Shown here: positions 1 through 8,887 of the stretch, piece after piece
Layout: each line of letters starts with the position of its first letter
Numbering within the stretch: the stretch's first letter is position 1
Notes under the pieces: model-generated
Database searches by the model: none
What the model saw: only the letters and a program-made list of their open reading frames with translations
What the model was told of the DNA's origin: nothing
Position numbers and translations under genes: made by a program
Source of the DNA: an uncultured Bacillota bacterium
GTDB lineage: Bacteria > Bacillota_I > Bacilli_A > RFN20 > CAG-826
Assembly: GCA_949293555.1 (NCBI GenBank)
Contig: CASFDV010000003.1
Span: 7,614-71,613 of the forward strand
DNA length: 64,000 nt
Reading direction: 5' to 3'

Positions 1-116
1 TAAAGGATCGTCCACTCGCTCTCGTCGATCCCGAGGTGAGTGGAGTAGCGGTCGTATTCGCCATCGACGATGAGGGTCGCGATCGAGTAGCGCCTGATGT
101 ATTCGCTCAGTTCCAT
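1..116 (-). CDS. MarR-like transcriptional regulator, 5' part (runs off window start)
   Basis: Manual translation gives MELSEYIRRYSIATLIVDGEYDRYSTHLGIDESEWTIL, resembling a MarR N-terminus (lGl..sEw.iL). Strong SD TAAGGAGG at 123-130. Confidence 0.6.
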   Translation of the reverse strand, partial: MELSEYIRRYSIATLIVDGEYDRYSTHLGIDESEWTIL

Positions 117-129
117 GCACGTCCTCCTT

Positions 130-175
130 AATCCGATTTCGGAATATTTATAAATCCGATTTCGGAATAAGTCAA
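130..175 (-). promoter_or_regulatory. sigma70 promoter TTGACT-N17-TATAAA with two copies of a near-palindromic operator
   Basis: AATCCGATTTCGGAATA occurs at 130-146 and 153-169. The second copy exactly fills the spacer between the -35 (175-170) and -10 (152-147). Confidence 0.75.
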
Positions 176-252
176 ATCGAATATGCGCTCCGTGGACGGG
201 GAAGTAGGAGGAAATCTTGGCAATATCTGTATATTGAAGCGCGTTTTGCAGA

Positions 253-948
253 CTATTCAGCGAGATAGATCGTCACTTTCTCATCGCGCTTCCTTTTCAG
301 ATATGCCTTCAAGAACGGGGAGAGATGGAAGGTCAGCGCCTTCTCTGGGCAAGAGGAAACGCAGGCCCCGCAGCGGATGCAGCGCGTCCCGTCGACCATT
401 CCTTTGTGGACCGCATGGAAATGGCAGGCTTTCTCGCAGGCCATGCAGCCAGTGCACCTTCCTATGGGGGCGACCTTGGCGCCGGCCCTCGCCCTCCACT
501 TCGGAAAGAACCAACGCCCGAACGTGTCCTTTTCCTTGGGGAGGACGAGAGGACCGTCCTTCCGGAACGCCCGGAGGATGGCCTCCGCTTCATTAAGAGG
601 CATCTCGTAGTCGTCATGATGGAGGTAGCTGTGGGGCGCGGGGAGATACATCGCACCAACGAGTGGGAGCGAGAGCTTTCTCGCCGCCTCTTCGATCGCG
701 TTCCCGTGCCAGATGCGCCCGAAGGTCAGGGCGATCGCGACCTTCCTTGCCTCCACGTTTTCAAGGAATCGGAAAGCTTCCTCGGGAAGCCGTTCCCCAT
801 GGACGGGCGCGAGGAAGAGGAGATTTTCGTAAACGGACGGGATCCCCGCCAGCCCGCATTCATAAAGAGGCCATCCGGACTTCTTCGCGAGGTGTTCCGC
901 GGCCTTCTTGGTGTTTCCTGTATACGAAAGATAGACGACCGCGTTCAA
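253..948 (-). CDS. Flavodoxin-ferredoxin fusion (EFR1-like ferrodoxin)
   Basis: Flavodoxin motif YLSYTGNT and two CxxCxxCxxxC 4Fe-4S motifs. Likely TTG start at 948 overlapping the upstream TGA. Confidence 0.8.
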   Translation of the reverse strand: MNAVVYLSYTGNTKKAAEHLAKKSGWPLYECGLAGIPSVYENLLFLAPVHGERLPEEAFRFLENVEARKVAIALTFGRIWHGNAIEEAARKLSLPLVGAMYLPAPHSYLHHDDYEMPLNEAEAILRAFRKDGPLVLPKEKDTFGRWFFPKWRARAGAKVAPIGRCTGCMACEKACHFHAVHKGMVDGTRCIRCGACVSSCPEKALTFHLSPFLKAYLKRKRDEKVTIYLAE

Positions 949-2339
949 TCCTCTTCCAGGTACGCCTTCATGATCCGGCATTCGGGGACCTCCTCGAGCG
1001 AGAAGCCTAGTTCTTCCTTGATCTCGGCGATCGCCTCCTCACGCGAGAGATTCCTTCCCTGGCTTGCGATCGCCATCTCCAGCGCGCTGAAGGGGATCAT
1101 CGTCGAGCGCATCTCATAGAAGCGGATGAACTGGGTATGCTCCTTGCAGCGCTCGATCCTGCAGGATGTGTGGAGGCCTTTCCTCATGCTTTCGGGCGGG
1201 CGGTAGCCGGCTTCCTTCTCCAGCATCTCCATCACCTTCCGCCAGTCGTAGGAGCCTCCCGCGGCCTCGTCGAGGTCGATCTGGACGAAGGAAGGCACTC
1301 TTCCCGTCCAGGAGGAGCGGCGGATCGCCCTTGTCAAAGGCTTCAGGAGGGAGGGGACCTCGTGGATCGCCTCCACGACGTGGGCGACGAGCTCGTTCCG
1401 ATAGCCGGCCATGTTCTTCAGGGGATTGTCCCCGTAGGCGAGCTGCTTCATGGTGAGGAGGGTGTGGAGCCCTCCGTTCCGGAGAGGGGGACGAAGAGTC
1501 AGGACCCTTCCGAGGTTATATAGCAGGAGGAAGACCTTGCTCTTCCAGATGCGGTAGGCGGACTTCGGCGCCATGTGGTTGAAGTAGAGCCCGAGGATCT
1601 GCGCCGGCTCGTTCCCGGCGAGGAAGTAGGGGACCCCTAGCTCGACGAGCTCCGGGTAGAAGAGGACGTAGGCGAGGGAGGGGCATGCGCAGACGTTCTC
1701 GGAAAGCGACATGAGCCTCCGGTATATCTTCCGGAGGTCCTCGTCCAGCATCTTCCGGGAAAGGAACTCCACTTTCGGGAAGATGCGCTTCGCCTCCTCG
1801 ATGCTCTCCTTCGCGCTCCTGGACATGTAGGGGATCTCCCACGTGAGGGCCAGCACCCGGAGGCCCATCTTCTTGGAGAGGAGGTAGAGGAGGTAGGTGC
1901 TGTCCTTCCCTCCCGTGTAGAAGAGAGCGACGTCGAAGCGGGACTTCTCCGCCTTCGGGATCTCATGGACAAGGGGGACGATGGAGCGGAGTTCCTTCGT
2001 CTCCTCCTTCATCTGGCAGATGGGGCAAAGCCCGCGCTCGTCGAACTCCAGTCCCGGGATCATAAAGTCGTTTGCCGCGCAATCCTTGCAAAAACGGGCT
2101 TCTTCAAGTGATTTCGGGATTTTCGGGTTGTCCTTTTCCTCGACGACGACCGTCCCGAGGAGCCTCTTGCCCAGAATCCGTTTTTCCTTCGCCGTCAGTT
2201 CCTTCGGGAGCGAGAGGAGGAGCTCCCGTTGCCTTTTTCCTAGGGGGATGTAGTTATGGAACAGGCTCCACTTGTTCCGGAGCCCGTAGTAGCGGACCCC
2301 TTTTTCCTCGGTCTTCCATCGGGACTTCAGTACGTGCAT
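945..2339 (-). CDS. PP-loop ATP pyrophosphatase, N-acetyl-sugar amidotransferase-like
   Basis: CKDC...FDERGLCPIC followed by the PP-loop FYTGGKDS, as in WbpG/PseA-like proteins. Confidence 0.65.
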   Translation of the reverse strand: MHVLKSRWKTEEKGVRYYGLRNKWSLFHNYIPLGKRQRELLLSLPKELTAKEKRILGKRLLGTVVVEEKDNPKIPKSLEEARFCKDCAANDFMIPGLEFDERGLCPICQMKEETKELRSIVPLVHEIPKAEKSRFDVALFYTGGKDSTYLLYLLSKKMGLRVLALTWEIPYMSRSAKESIEEAKRIFPKVEFLSRKMLDEDLRKIYRRLMSLSENVCACPSLAYVLFYPELVELGVPYFLAGNEPAQILGLYFNHMAPKSAYRIWKSKVFLLLYNLGRVLTLRPPLRNGGLHTLLTMKQLAYGDNPLKNMAGYRNELVAHVVEAIHEVPSLLKPLTRAIRRSSWTGRVPSFVQIDLDEAAGGSYDWRKVMEMLEKEAGYRPPESMRKGLHTSCRIERCKEHTQFIRFYEMRSTMIPFSALEMAIASQGRNLSREEAIAEIKEELGFSLEEVPECRIMKAYLEED

Positions 2340-2412
2340 GGCTCATTCTAGCTTTCTCTCTTAAGGAAGTAGGAGAAGAAGCCCGCCAGAAGAATGGGTG
2401 AATTTCTACAAA

Positions 2413-2519
2413 CGCCAAATTACCGAATGAAATCGCGCCAAATAACCGAACAAGAGAACGCCAAATTGCCGAACAAACTAACGCCAAATCGCGGAATGAA
2501 ATTGCGCCAAATCCCCGAA
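2413..2519. repeat. Five-copy direct-repeat array with 23-bp period, CGCCAAAT-NN-CSGAA-N8
   Basis: CGCCAAAT starts at 2413, 2436, 2459, 2482 and 2505. Confidence 0.95.
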
Positions 2520-2560
2520 TGGACTAATATCCCAATGGATTTGAGGGGATAACAAACTTT

Positions 2561-3838
2561 ATGGACGGATACAAAACCAGGATAGCGGACACCATTCTCA
2601 ACGATAAGCTGAAAACTCACGGGGCTGTCCTTATCGAGGGAGCGAAGTGGTGCGGGAAGACAACCACTGCGGAGCAAGCCGCCGGATCTTGCCTGTACAT
2701 GGATGATCCGGATCGAAGCCGGCAATACCTGTCCATGGCCAGTTTCGAACCGAGCAGGCTTTTAGAGGGGAATACTCCCCGCTTGATTGACGAATGGCAG
2801 TTGGCGCCTCGCCTTTGGGACGCTGTTCGCTTCGTGGTTGATCACCGCCGCGGGCTGGGGCAATTCATTCTAACGGGTTCTTCCGTGCCGCCCTCTTTCA
2901 GTGAGATCCATCATACGGGCACAGGCCGTTTTTCATGGATGCGCATGAGGCCGATGTCGCTATGGGAATCGTTGGAGTCGACAGGGGAAGTCAGCCTTCG
3001 TTCTTTGTTTGAAGGCTGTGGGCCTATAAGGGGTTCAAGTGAGCTGGACGGAGAGGGTCTTGCCCATCTGGTTTGCCGCGGCGGATGGCCGCTTAGCGTG
3101 GAGATGGAAGGCGAGTCTGCGCTTGAGCAGGCATTTAGCTATCGCGATGCCCTCGTGCGGTCCGACATCTCGCGATTTGACGGCGTTTCCCGTTCTCCAG
3201 AACGTGCAAGGCGTCTTCTTCGATCCTACGCCAGGAGCCAAGGCACGCAGGCATCCCTCTCCTCCATTGTCGAAGACGCCAGGAAAAGCGAGGGCGAATC
3301 CTTTGACGAAGGTACCGCTCGCTCTTACCTAAACGCTCTTGAGGGCGTTTTCGCCATCGAGGAGATGCCGGCTTGGAATCCGAACCTTCGCTCAAAGGCA
3401 GCGATACGCACGTCCAATACTAGATATTTCGTCGACCCATCCATTGCCGCGGCGTCTCTGGAACTAGGCCCAAGGGATCTTCTTGGCGACCTTCGGACCT
3501 TCGGCTTTCTTTTCGAGACCATGGCCGTCCGCGATCTGAGGGTCTACGCCGATTCCCTGGAAGGAAGCGTCTACCATTTCCGGGACAAAAGCGGATTGGA
3601 GTGCGACGCGGTCATTCATTTGCGAAGCGGGCGATACGGTCTTGTCGAAATCAAGCTGGGCGGCGACCCCTCCTTCGTAGAGGAAGGGGCGAAGAACCTC
3701 AATCTTCTTGCCTCGCGCATCGACACGACGCGCATGAAAGCCCCCTCGTTCCGGATGGTGCTCGTAGGAGTCGGGGCTTACGCCTACCAGCGTCCCGACG
3801 GGGTCTATGTCGTGCCGATCGGGTGCTTGAAGGACTGA
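2561..3838 (+). CDS. AAA_14 ATPase with DUF4143 / C-terminal PD-(D/E)XK-like domain
   Basis: Walker A GAKWCGKTT, Walker B LIDEWQ, LTGS, GGWP, and C-terminal ECDAVI...LVEIKL. Confidence 0.9.
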   Translation: MDGYKTRIADTILNDKLKTHGAVLIEGAKWCGKTTTAEQAAGSCLYMDDPDRSRQYLSMASFEPSRLLEGNTPRLIDEWQLAPRLWDAVRFVVDHRRGLGQFILTGSSVPPSFSEIHHTGTGRFSWMRMRPMSLWESLESTGEVSLRSLFEGCGPIRGSSELDGEGLAHLVCRGGWPLSVEMEGESALEQAFSYRDALVRSDISRFDGVSRSPERARRLLRSYARSQGTQASLSSIVEDARKSEGESFDEGTARSYLNALEGVFAIEEMPAWNPNLRSKAAIRTSNTRYFVDPSIAAASLELGPRDLLGDLRTFGFLFETMAVRDLRVYADSLEGSVYHFRDKSGLECDAVIHLRSGRYGLVEIKLGGDPSFVEEGAKNLNLLASRIDTTRMKAPSFRMVLVGVGAYAYQRPDGVYVVPIGCLKD

Positions 3839-3933
3839 ATTCCGACTCGCCCTCGCCTTGCAAGGAATTCGCAGCGCTCTACTTCCCATTAGGCTTACCT
3901 GCTTTTCGAGAGCTTTCATTGCGGCAGGCAAGG

Positions 3934-3959
3934 AAAAAGGGCCGCCCTCCGGCGGCCCT
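3934..3959 (-). terminator. Intrinsic terminator
   Basis: AGGGCCGCC/GGCGGCCCT stem with a T-run on the minus strand, 20 bp after the stop at 3979. Confidence 0.7.
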
Positions 3960-3978
3960 GCCCCTTCCTTGCCTTTGG

Positions 3979-4959
3979 CTAGAAGGTCTTCTCGTATACC
4001 TTCTGGTCGTCCTCGAAGCGCACCTGGTAGGTGGTGGTCCCGTCGGGGTTCTTCGCAAGGGTGAGCCACCCCTCGATCTCTCGTCCGTTCCTCTTCTCCA
4101 CCTCGAAGGAGGCGCCCATGAGCCCGTCCTCGTCGGCGTAGAGGGTGATCTCGAACTCCTCGCCACCGACCTCCCTCTCGAGCCCGAGGGCGAGCTTCCC
4201 GTTCCGGAGGGTCTCGAACTCGTATTCCATCGACTCGACCTCGCGGCCGTTCTCGACGAGGGTGTACTCGTATTCGTTCTCGTTGTCCTCGAGGGACTGC
4301 TCGATCTCGACGTAGTTCCTGGCGTCCAGGGCGATCCTCAGCTCAAGCTCGGTCTCCCATTCGTCGCGTTCCTTCTCCTCGCTCCGCTCGCCGCGGACGG
4401 CGTACTCCACCCCGTCCCGGATGGCGATGCCCTCGATCCTCGTGGTCTTCTCCCACTCGTCATGCTCCTCCTCGATCTCCCGGACGGTTTCGTTCAGGTA
4501 GAGGGAGTAGGTCTCGCTCGTCCCGTCGATGTCGTTGATGGTGACGACCTGGAGGCTCTCGTAGCCTTCCCGGTCGCTCGGGAGGGTCTCGACGCTTCCG
4601 GGGGAGAAGCTGAGGAGCGATCCGAGGGAGTGGGCGGAGAGGAGGATCTCCTCCGCGAGGAGGTCCTTCTCCGTCGGGACGGCCTGGCTTTCCGAGGCGA
4701 TTTCGTCCCCAGGGGCGAGGTCCGGGGCCTTCAGGACTCCCGTGTGGAGGGATTCCGTCCCTCCGATCCCCCCGAGGAGGTCGAGGGAAAGGACGGCCTG
4801 GGCGAGGTAGCCCTTCTCCTCCTCGAGGACGAGCGTCCCGGCTCCGTCCCCCTGGGAGCCGCCCTGGCTCCCTTTGTCCGTTCCTGGGCTCGCGCATCCT
4901 GCGAGGATCCCGGCGGCGAGGAGCATCCCTGCCCCGAGGATGATGGCGTTCTTCTTCAT
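3979..4959 (-). CDS. Acidic lipoprotein, paralogue of the extracellular part of 11857-12879
   Basis: Lipobox ILAGC. EIEQSLEDNENEYEY aligns with ESEQEIEQGENEYSY, and LAQAVLSLDLL with FARQALSLVTL. Confidence 0.8.
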   Translation of the reverse strand: MKKNAIILGAGMLLAAGILAGCASPGTDKGSQGGSQGDGAGTLVLEEEKGYLAQAVLSLDLLGGIGGTESLHTGVLKAPDLAPGDEIASESQAVPTEKDLLAEEILLSAHSLGSLLSFSPGSVETLPSDREGYESLQVVTINDIDGTSETYSLYLNETVREIEEEHDEWEKTTRIEGIAIRDGVEYAVRGERSEEKERDEWETELELRIALDARNYVEIEQSLEDNENEYEYTLVENGREVESMEYEFETLRNGKLALGLEREVGGEEFEITLYADEDGLMGASFEVEKRNGREIEGWLTLAKNPDGTTTYQVRFEDDQKVYEKTF

Positions 4960-4996
4960 ATCGGTTTTTCTCCTTCCGAGGCTTTCTTGCCTCTTA

Positions 4997-5031
4997 CGCC
5001 CACCAAACGGGGAAGGGAGGGGATTTATTAC
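4997..5031 (-). promoter_or_regulatory. Putative ECF-sigma promoter, copy 1
   Basis: GTAATAAA-N6-CCCTTCCCCGTTTGGT-R-GGCG on the minus strand, with the same spacing as the copy at 13402-13436. Confidence 0.65.
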
Positions 5032-5093
5032 TTCTCTGCAAGAAATTTTCGTACGGGAAGCGATCCATCAAAGGTTGAATTCCCCAGAGCATG

Positions 5094-5126
5094 AAGAAAG
5101 GCGCCGGCCGGGGCCAGCGCCTTCTT
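5094..5126. terminator. Intrinsic terminator after the OYE gene
   Basis: AAGGCGC...GCGCCTT hairpin flanked by A/T-rich tracts. Confidence 0.55.
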
Positions 5127-5142
5127 GGGAAGAGGGTTCCGC

Positions 5143-7074
5143 CTAGCGGAGCGAGTAGGCGGCGAAGTAGCCGCCCCTGACCGCCTCGGCCACCTGGCCG
5201 ACCTTGACGCAGTCGCCGATGACCTGGGTGGTCGGGTACTTCTCGCAGATCGCGTCGACGAACTCGTTGTTCGGCTTGGTGCCGAAGGCGGCGATGACGA
5301 GGTCGGCCTCGAGCCTGATCTCGCCATCCTTCCCTTCCGCGACGACGCCGGACTTGGTGACTTCCTTGATGGTCGCGGAGGTGATGGCCTTCACGTGGTT
5401 GTCGCGGAGGCGGAACATGAGGGGGTTACGGTTGTCGAGGATCGCCTCGGGGCAAAGCTCCGGCTTCATCTCGACGATGGTGACCTCCTTCCCTTCCATC
5501 GCGAGCTCGAGGGCCATGTCGCAGCCGGAGATGCCTCCGCCGCAGACAACGACCTTCTTGCCGCGGATCTTCTCGGGATGGACGTGCGCGTCGCACACCT
5601 CGACCGCGTTCTCGATGCCCTTGATCTTGGGAAGGTAGGGCGAGGCGCCGGTCGCGAGGATGATGCGGTCGGCTTCCTTCAGTTCCGGAGAATCAGGGGT
5701 GATCGCCGTGTTCATTTTGAAGACCACGCCGGCCTTCTCGCACTGGAGGACCTCCCAGTCGATGAACTCGCGGAGCCTTTTCTTAAAAGAAGGCGCGGAA
5801 GCGGGGACGAACTGGCCGCCGAGGACGTTTGCCCGGTCGTAGAGGGTGACGTGATGCCCTTCCAGGGCGGCCACGCGCGCCGCCTCGAGCCCGCCGGGGC
5901 CGCCGCCGACGATCGCGACCTTGAGGGGCGTCTCGGCCTTGGTGATGCGGTACTCGCCCTCGGCGACCGCCTCGGCGTTGATCGCGCAGCCGATCTTCCG
6001 GTTCTGGTAGAGGCGCTTCACGCACACCTGGTTGCAGACGAGGCAGGGACGGACGTCCTCCCTCCTTCCTTCGAGAAGCTTGTTGGGTAAATCGGGGTCG
6101 GCGATCAGTGGGCGACCCATCATCACGAAATCGCACTTTCCTTCCTCGAGGGCCTTCTCGCCCGACTCGGGGGTGTGGTTCCCGGAGTTGAGGATGATGA
6201 CGTCGCAGGCCTTCTTGATCTCGTAGGCGTAGTCGACCATGCAGCCGTCGCCCTGATAGATGGAGGGGCAGATCCACTGCTTGTCCTCGTAGCAGCCCAC
6301 GTCGATGTCGAAGGCGTCGACGCCGAGGTCCTTCATGTAGTTGACGATGCGGATGGATTCCTCGAGGGTGCGCCCGCCCTTGAAGTCATGGTCGGCGGCC
6401 ATCCTCATGAGGATCGGGTAGTCGGGCCCGACCGCCGCCCTCATCGCCTGGTAGATTTCCTTGACGATGCGCATCCGGTTCTCGAAGGAGCCGCCGTACT
6501 CGTCGGTGCGCTTGTTCCAGGCCGGGGTCATGAACTGGTCGAGGATGTAGCCGCTATGGGCGTGGATCTCGATGGCGTCGGCCTCGGCGACGACCGCCCT
6601 CGCGGCGGCCCTCCCGAAGGCAGCGACGAGCTCGTGGATCTCCTCGAGGGTGAAGGCGCGGCAAAGCTTGTCGGGGAAGTAGAAGGAAGGGACTTCGCTT
6701 GCGCTCACCATCTGGGCGTCGGAGAAGGGGAAGGCGTTCCGCCCGAGCCCGCAGCCGATCTGGAGGCACGCCTTGGCGCCCTCGGAATGGATGGCCTCGA
6801 TGATGTAGGACCAGCCCTTCATCTGGAGGTCGGTGTCAGCGGTGGTGATGTAGTCGATCCATGGGTCGGTCTTGTTGGTGCAGTACTGGGCCTCGATGAG
6901 CACCATCCCGACGCCGCCCCTCGCCCTTCTCCGGTAGTACTCGATCTGGGCGGAGGAGGGGAAGCCGTCGTGGTTCTCCGAGAATGTCCCCATTGGGGAC
7001 ATGACGATGCGGTTCCTGAGGGAAAGGTTCTTGATCTTCCCGCGGGAGAGCAGCTTTTCGAAGTTCGATGCCAT
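5143..7074 (-). CDS. NADH:flavin oxidoreductase (Old Yellow Enzyme TIM barrel + 4Fe-4S + FAD domain)
   Basis: LRNRIVMSPM, EIHAHSGYILDQF, NKRTDEYGGSFENR, CLVCNQVC...C and VGGGPGG. SD AAGGAGG supports ATG at 7074. Confidence 0.9.
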   Translation of the reverse strand: MASNFEKLLSRGKIKNLSLRNRIVMSPMGTFSENHDGFPSSAQIEYYRRRARGGVGMVLIEAQYCTNKTDPWIDYITTADTDLQMKGWSYIIEAIHSEGAKACLQIGCGLGRNAFPFSDAQMVSASEVPSFYFPDKLCRAFTLEEIHELVAAFGRAAARAVVAEADAIEIHAHSGYILDQFMTPAWNKRTDEYGGSFENRMRIVKEIYQAMRAAVGPDYPILMRMAADHDFKGGRTLEESIRIVNYMKDLGVDAFDIDVGCYEDKQWICPSIYQGDGCMVDYAYEIKKACDVIILNSGNHTPESGEKALEEGKCDFVMMGRPLIADPDLPNKLLEGRREDVRPCLVCNQVCVKRLYQNRKIGCAINAEAVAEGEYRITKAETPLKVAIVGGGPGGLEAARVAALEGHHVTLYDRANVLGGQFVPASAPSFKKRLREFIDWEVLQCEKAGVVFKMNTAITPDSPELKEADRIILATGASPYLPKIKGIENAVEVCDAHVHPEKIRGKKVVVCGGGISGCDMALELAMEGKEVTIVEMKPELCPEAILDNRNPLMFRLRDNHVKAITSATIKEVTKSGVVAEGKDGEIRLEADLVIAAFGTKPNNEFVDAICEKYPTTQVIGDCVKVGQVAEAVRGGYFAAYSLR

Positions 7075-7207
7075 TCTTTGGTGTTCCTCCTTCTGGTCCT
7101 GAACTTGGCCTTTCAAATGGTAGCGCGGCCAAAATAACGAAATCATGGGGTGATTTTATGAATTTCGAACGAAATACAGGGCATAATGCACAATGAGGAG
7201 GAAACCT

Positions 7208-8755
7208 ATGAATCTCCTGGACATCGCAAGGAAGCTCGAGATCCCCGTCCTTTCCTCGGGGAAGGCGGAGGAGAAGGAGTTCTACGGGGTCGACTACTAT
7301 CGCGCCGGGGAGGAGCACGGGGAGAACATCGTTTACCTATCCCAGGAGAGGGTTGATGAGCAAAGCCTATCCCTTGTCTATGGGGAAGGGGTGGATTCCT
7401 CATCCTCTCCCTCCTCCCTGAGCACGTCCCTTCCTCTCGAGGAATGCTTCCGGAGGTTCCACCGCTACTTCCTGAGGCAGGACAGGAAGCTTCTTCTCGT
7501 GAAGCCTTTCGTGAGCCTCTTCTTGAGCGCGAGCGACCACGACATGAAGAAGATCGCCAGGAAGGCCGCCGAGATCCTCGATAACCCCATCATCATCACG
7601 GACGCCGCCTACAAGGTGCTCGCCATCGACGATGCCGGGGCGGAGGTGGACGACCCCATCTTCGAAGAAGGGCTCAGGACGGGCTACTGCTCCTCCTCCT
7701 CGATCGCCCTCTTCGAGAAGGAGAGAGTCACGGAAAAGGTGCTCACGAGCCAGGAGCCCTTCATCCTCTCGACGGGGCTCGCCCGCAAGGTACACCGGAT
7801 CCTCGGGAAGGTCATGATCCACGGGAAGGTCGTCGCCTATCTCGGCGTGCTGGAGAGCAAGCGCCCCTTCGACCAGGAGTCCCTCGGGAACGCCTCCCTC
7901 CTTTGCCAGATCCTCCGCCACGTGTTCGAAAGCGACTCCTCTCTCCTCGGCGGAACGAACATCATCCACGAGTCCATCATCCAGGAGGTCATGCGCGGGG
8001 AGATCGGGAGCCCCCTCGTCCTTTCCGAGCGCCTCAAGTCGGCGAGGTGGAAGGTGAGGACCCACTTCCGTGTGACCGTCGTCCCGACCTTCAACGAGCA
8101 TCGCTCCATCGACAACATCCCCTACCTCATCGCCCGCATCTCGGAAAAGCTCCGGCTCAAGGTGGTGCGCTACGAGAACAACCTTCTTGTGGTCAATAAT
8201 TACGACGATCCCAAGGAATGGCACCGCCAGGTCGCCTTCATCGAGAAGGAGGCGAGGACCCTGAACCTGAAGGTCGGGATTTCAAATGAGTTCTCATCGC
8301 TCCTGGACCTCAGGCATTACTACGAGGAGGCGCTCAAGGCCGTGAGCATCGCCCTCATGATCCAAGCGAAGGACACTACCTTCTACTTCGCGGCCTTCCT
8401 TCCCTACTACCTCATCTCCTGCGTCGACAAGAAGACCCTCCGGGAATGCCGGAACGTCTACTACGAAAGGCTGAGAAGGCACGACGAGAAGCATCGGACC
8501 GAGTACGTGGACACCCTCTACTACTACATCCTCTTCAACTGCAACGCGAACCGCGCCGCGGAAAGGCTCAGCATCCATAGGAACACGCTCGCCCACCGGC
8601 TGGAGAAGATCGTCGAGATCAGCAACATCAACCTCCAGAACGGCATCATTCTCCAGAACTTCGTCCTGTTCGCCCAGATCCAGCATTACCTAGAGAAGGC
8701 TCAGGATGGGGCAAGGGGAATGGGGGCCGCGGGGGATTCCAAGACGATTCTTTAA
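7208..8755 (+). CDS. PucR/CdaR-family transcriptional regulator
   Basis: C-terminal HTH AAERLSIHRNTLAHRLEKI. SD GAGGAGG precedes ATG 7208 (alternative start 7193). Divergent from the OYE gene. Confidence 0.85.
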   Translation: MNLLDIARKLEIPVLSSGKAEEKEFYGVDYYRAGEEHGENIVYLSQERVDEQSLSLVYGEGVDSSSSPSSLSTSLPLEECFRRFHRYFLRQDRKLLLVKPFVSLFLSASDHDMKKIARKAAEILDNPIIITDAAYKVLAIDDAGAEVDDPIFEEGLRTGYCSSSSIALFEKERVTEKVLTSQEPFILSTGLARKVHRILGKVMIHGKVVAYLGVLESKRPFDQESLGNASLLCQILRHVFESDSSLLGGTNIIHESIIQEVMRGEIGSPLVLSERLKSARWKVRTHFRVTVVPTFNEHRSIDNIPYLIARISEKLRLKVVRYENNLLVVNNYDDPKEWHRQVAFIEKEARTLNLKVGISNEFSSLLDLRHYYEEALKAVSIALMIQAKDTTFYFAAFLPYYLISCVDKKTLRECRNVYYERLRRHDEKHRTEYVDTLYYYILFNCNANRAAERLSIHRNTLAHRLEKIVEISNINLQNGIILQNFVLFAQIQHYLEKAQDGARGMGAAGDSKTIL

Positions 8756-8887
8756 GAAACGCCGTGAGATCTCTATTTTCCAGAATCCTGTTTTTTAAGG
8801 TTTGGCATTAGATTTGCAGAGAAAACTAAGTGGTGGCGTACACTCCCAGAAAAGTGAGCCGTCTTCCTTGTTCGCTATAATAGGTCG

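Noticed and set aside
2413-2519. CRISPR array interpretation of the 23-bp repeats
   Set aside because: The variable segments are only 8 nt, the repeats are 15 nt, and there are no cas genes in the window.
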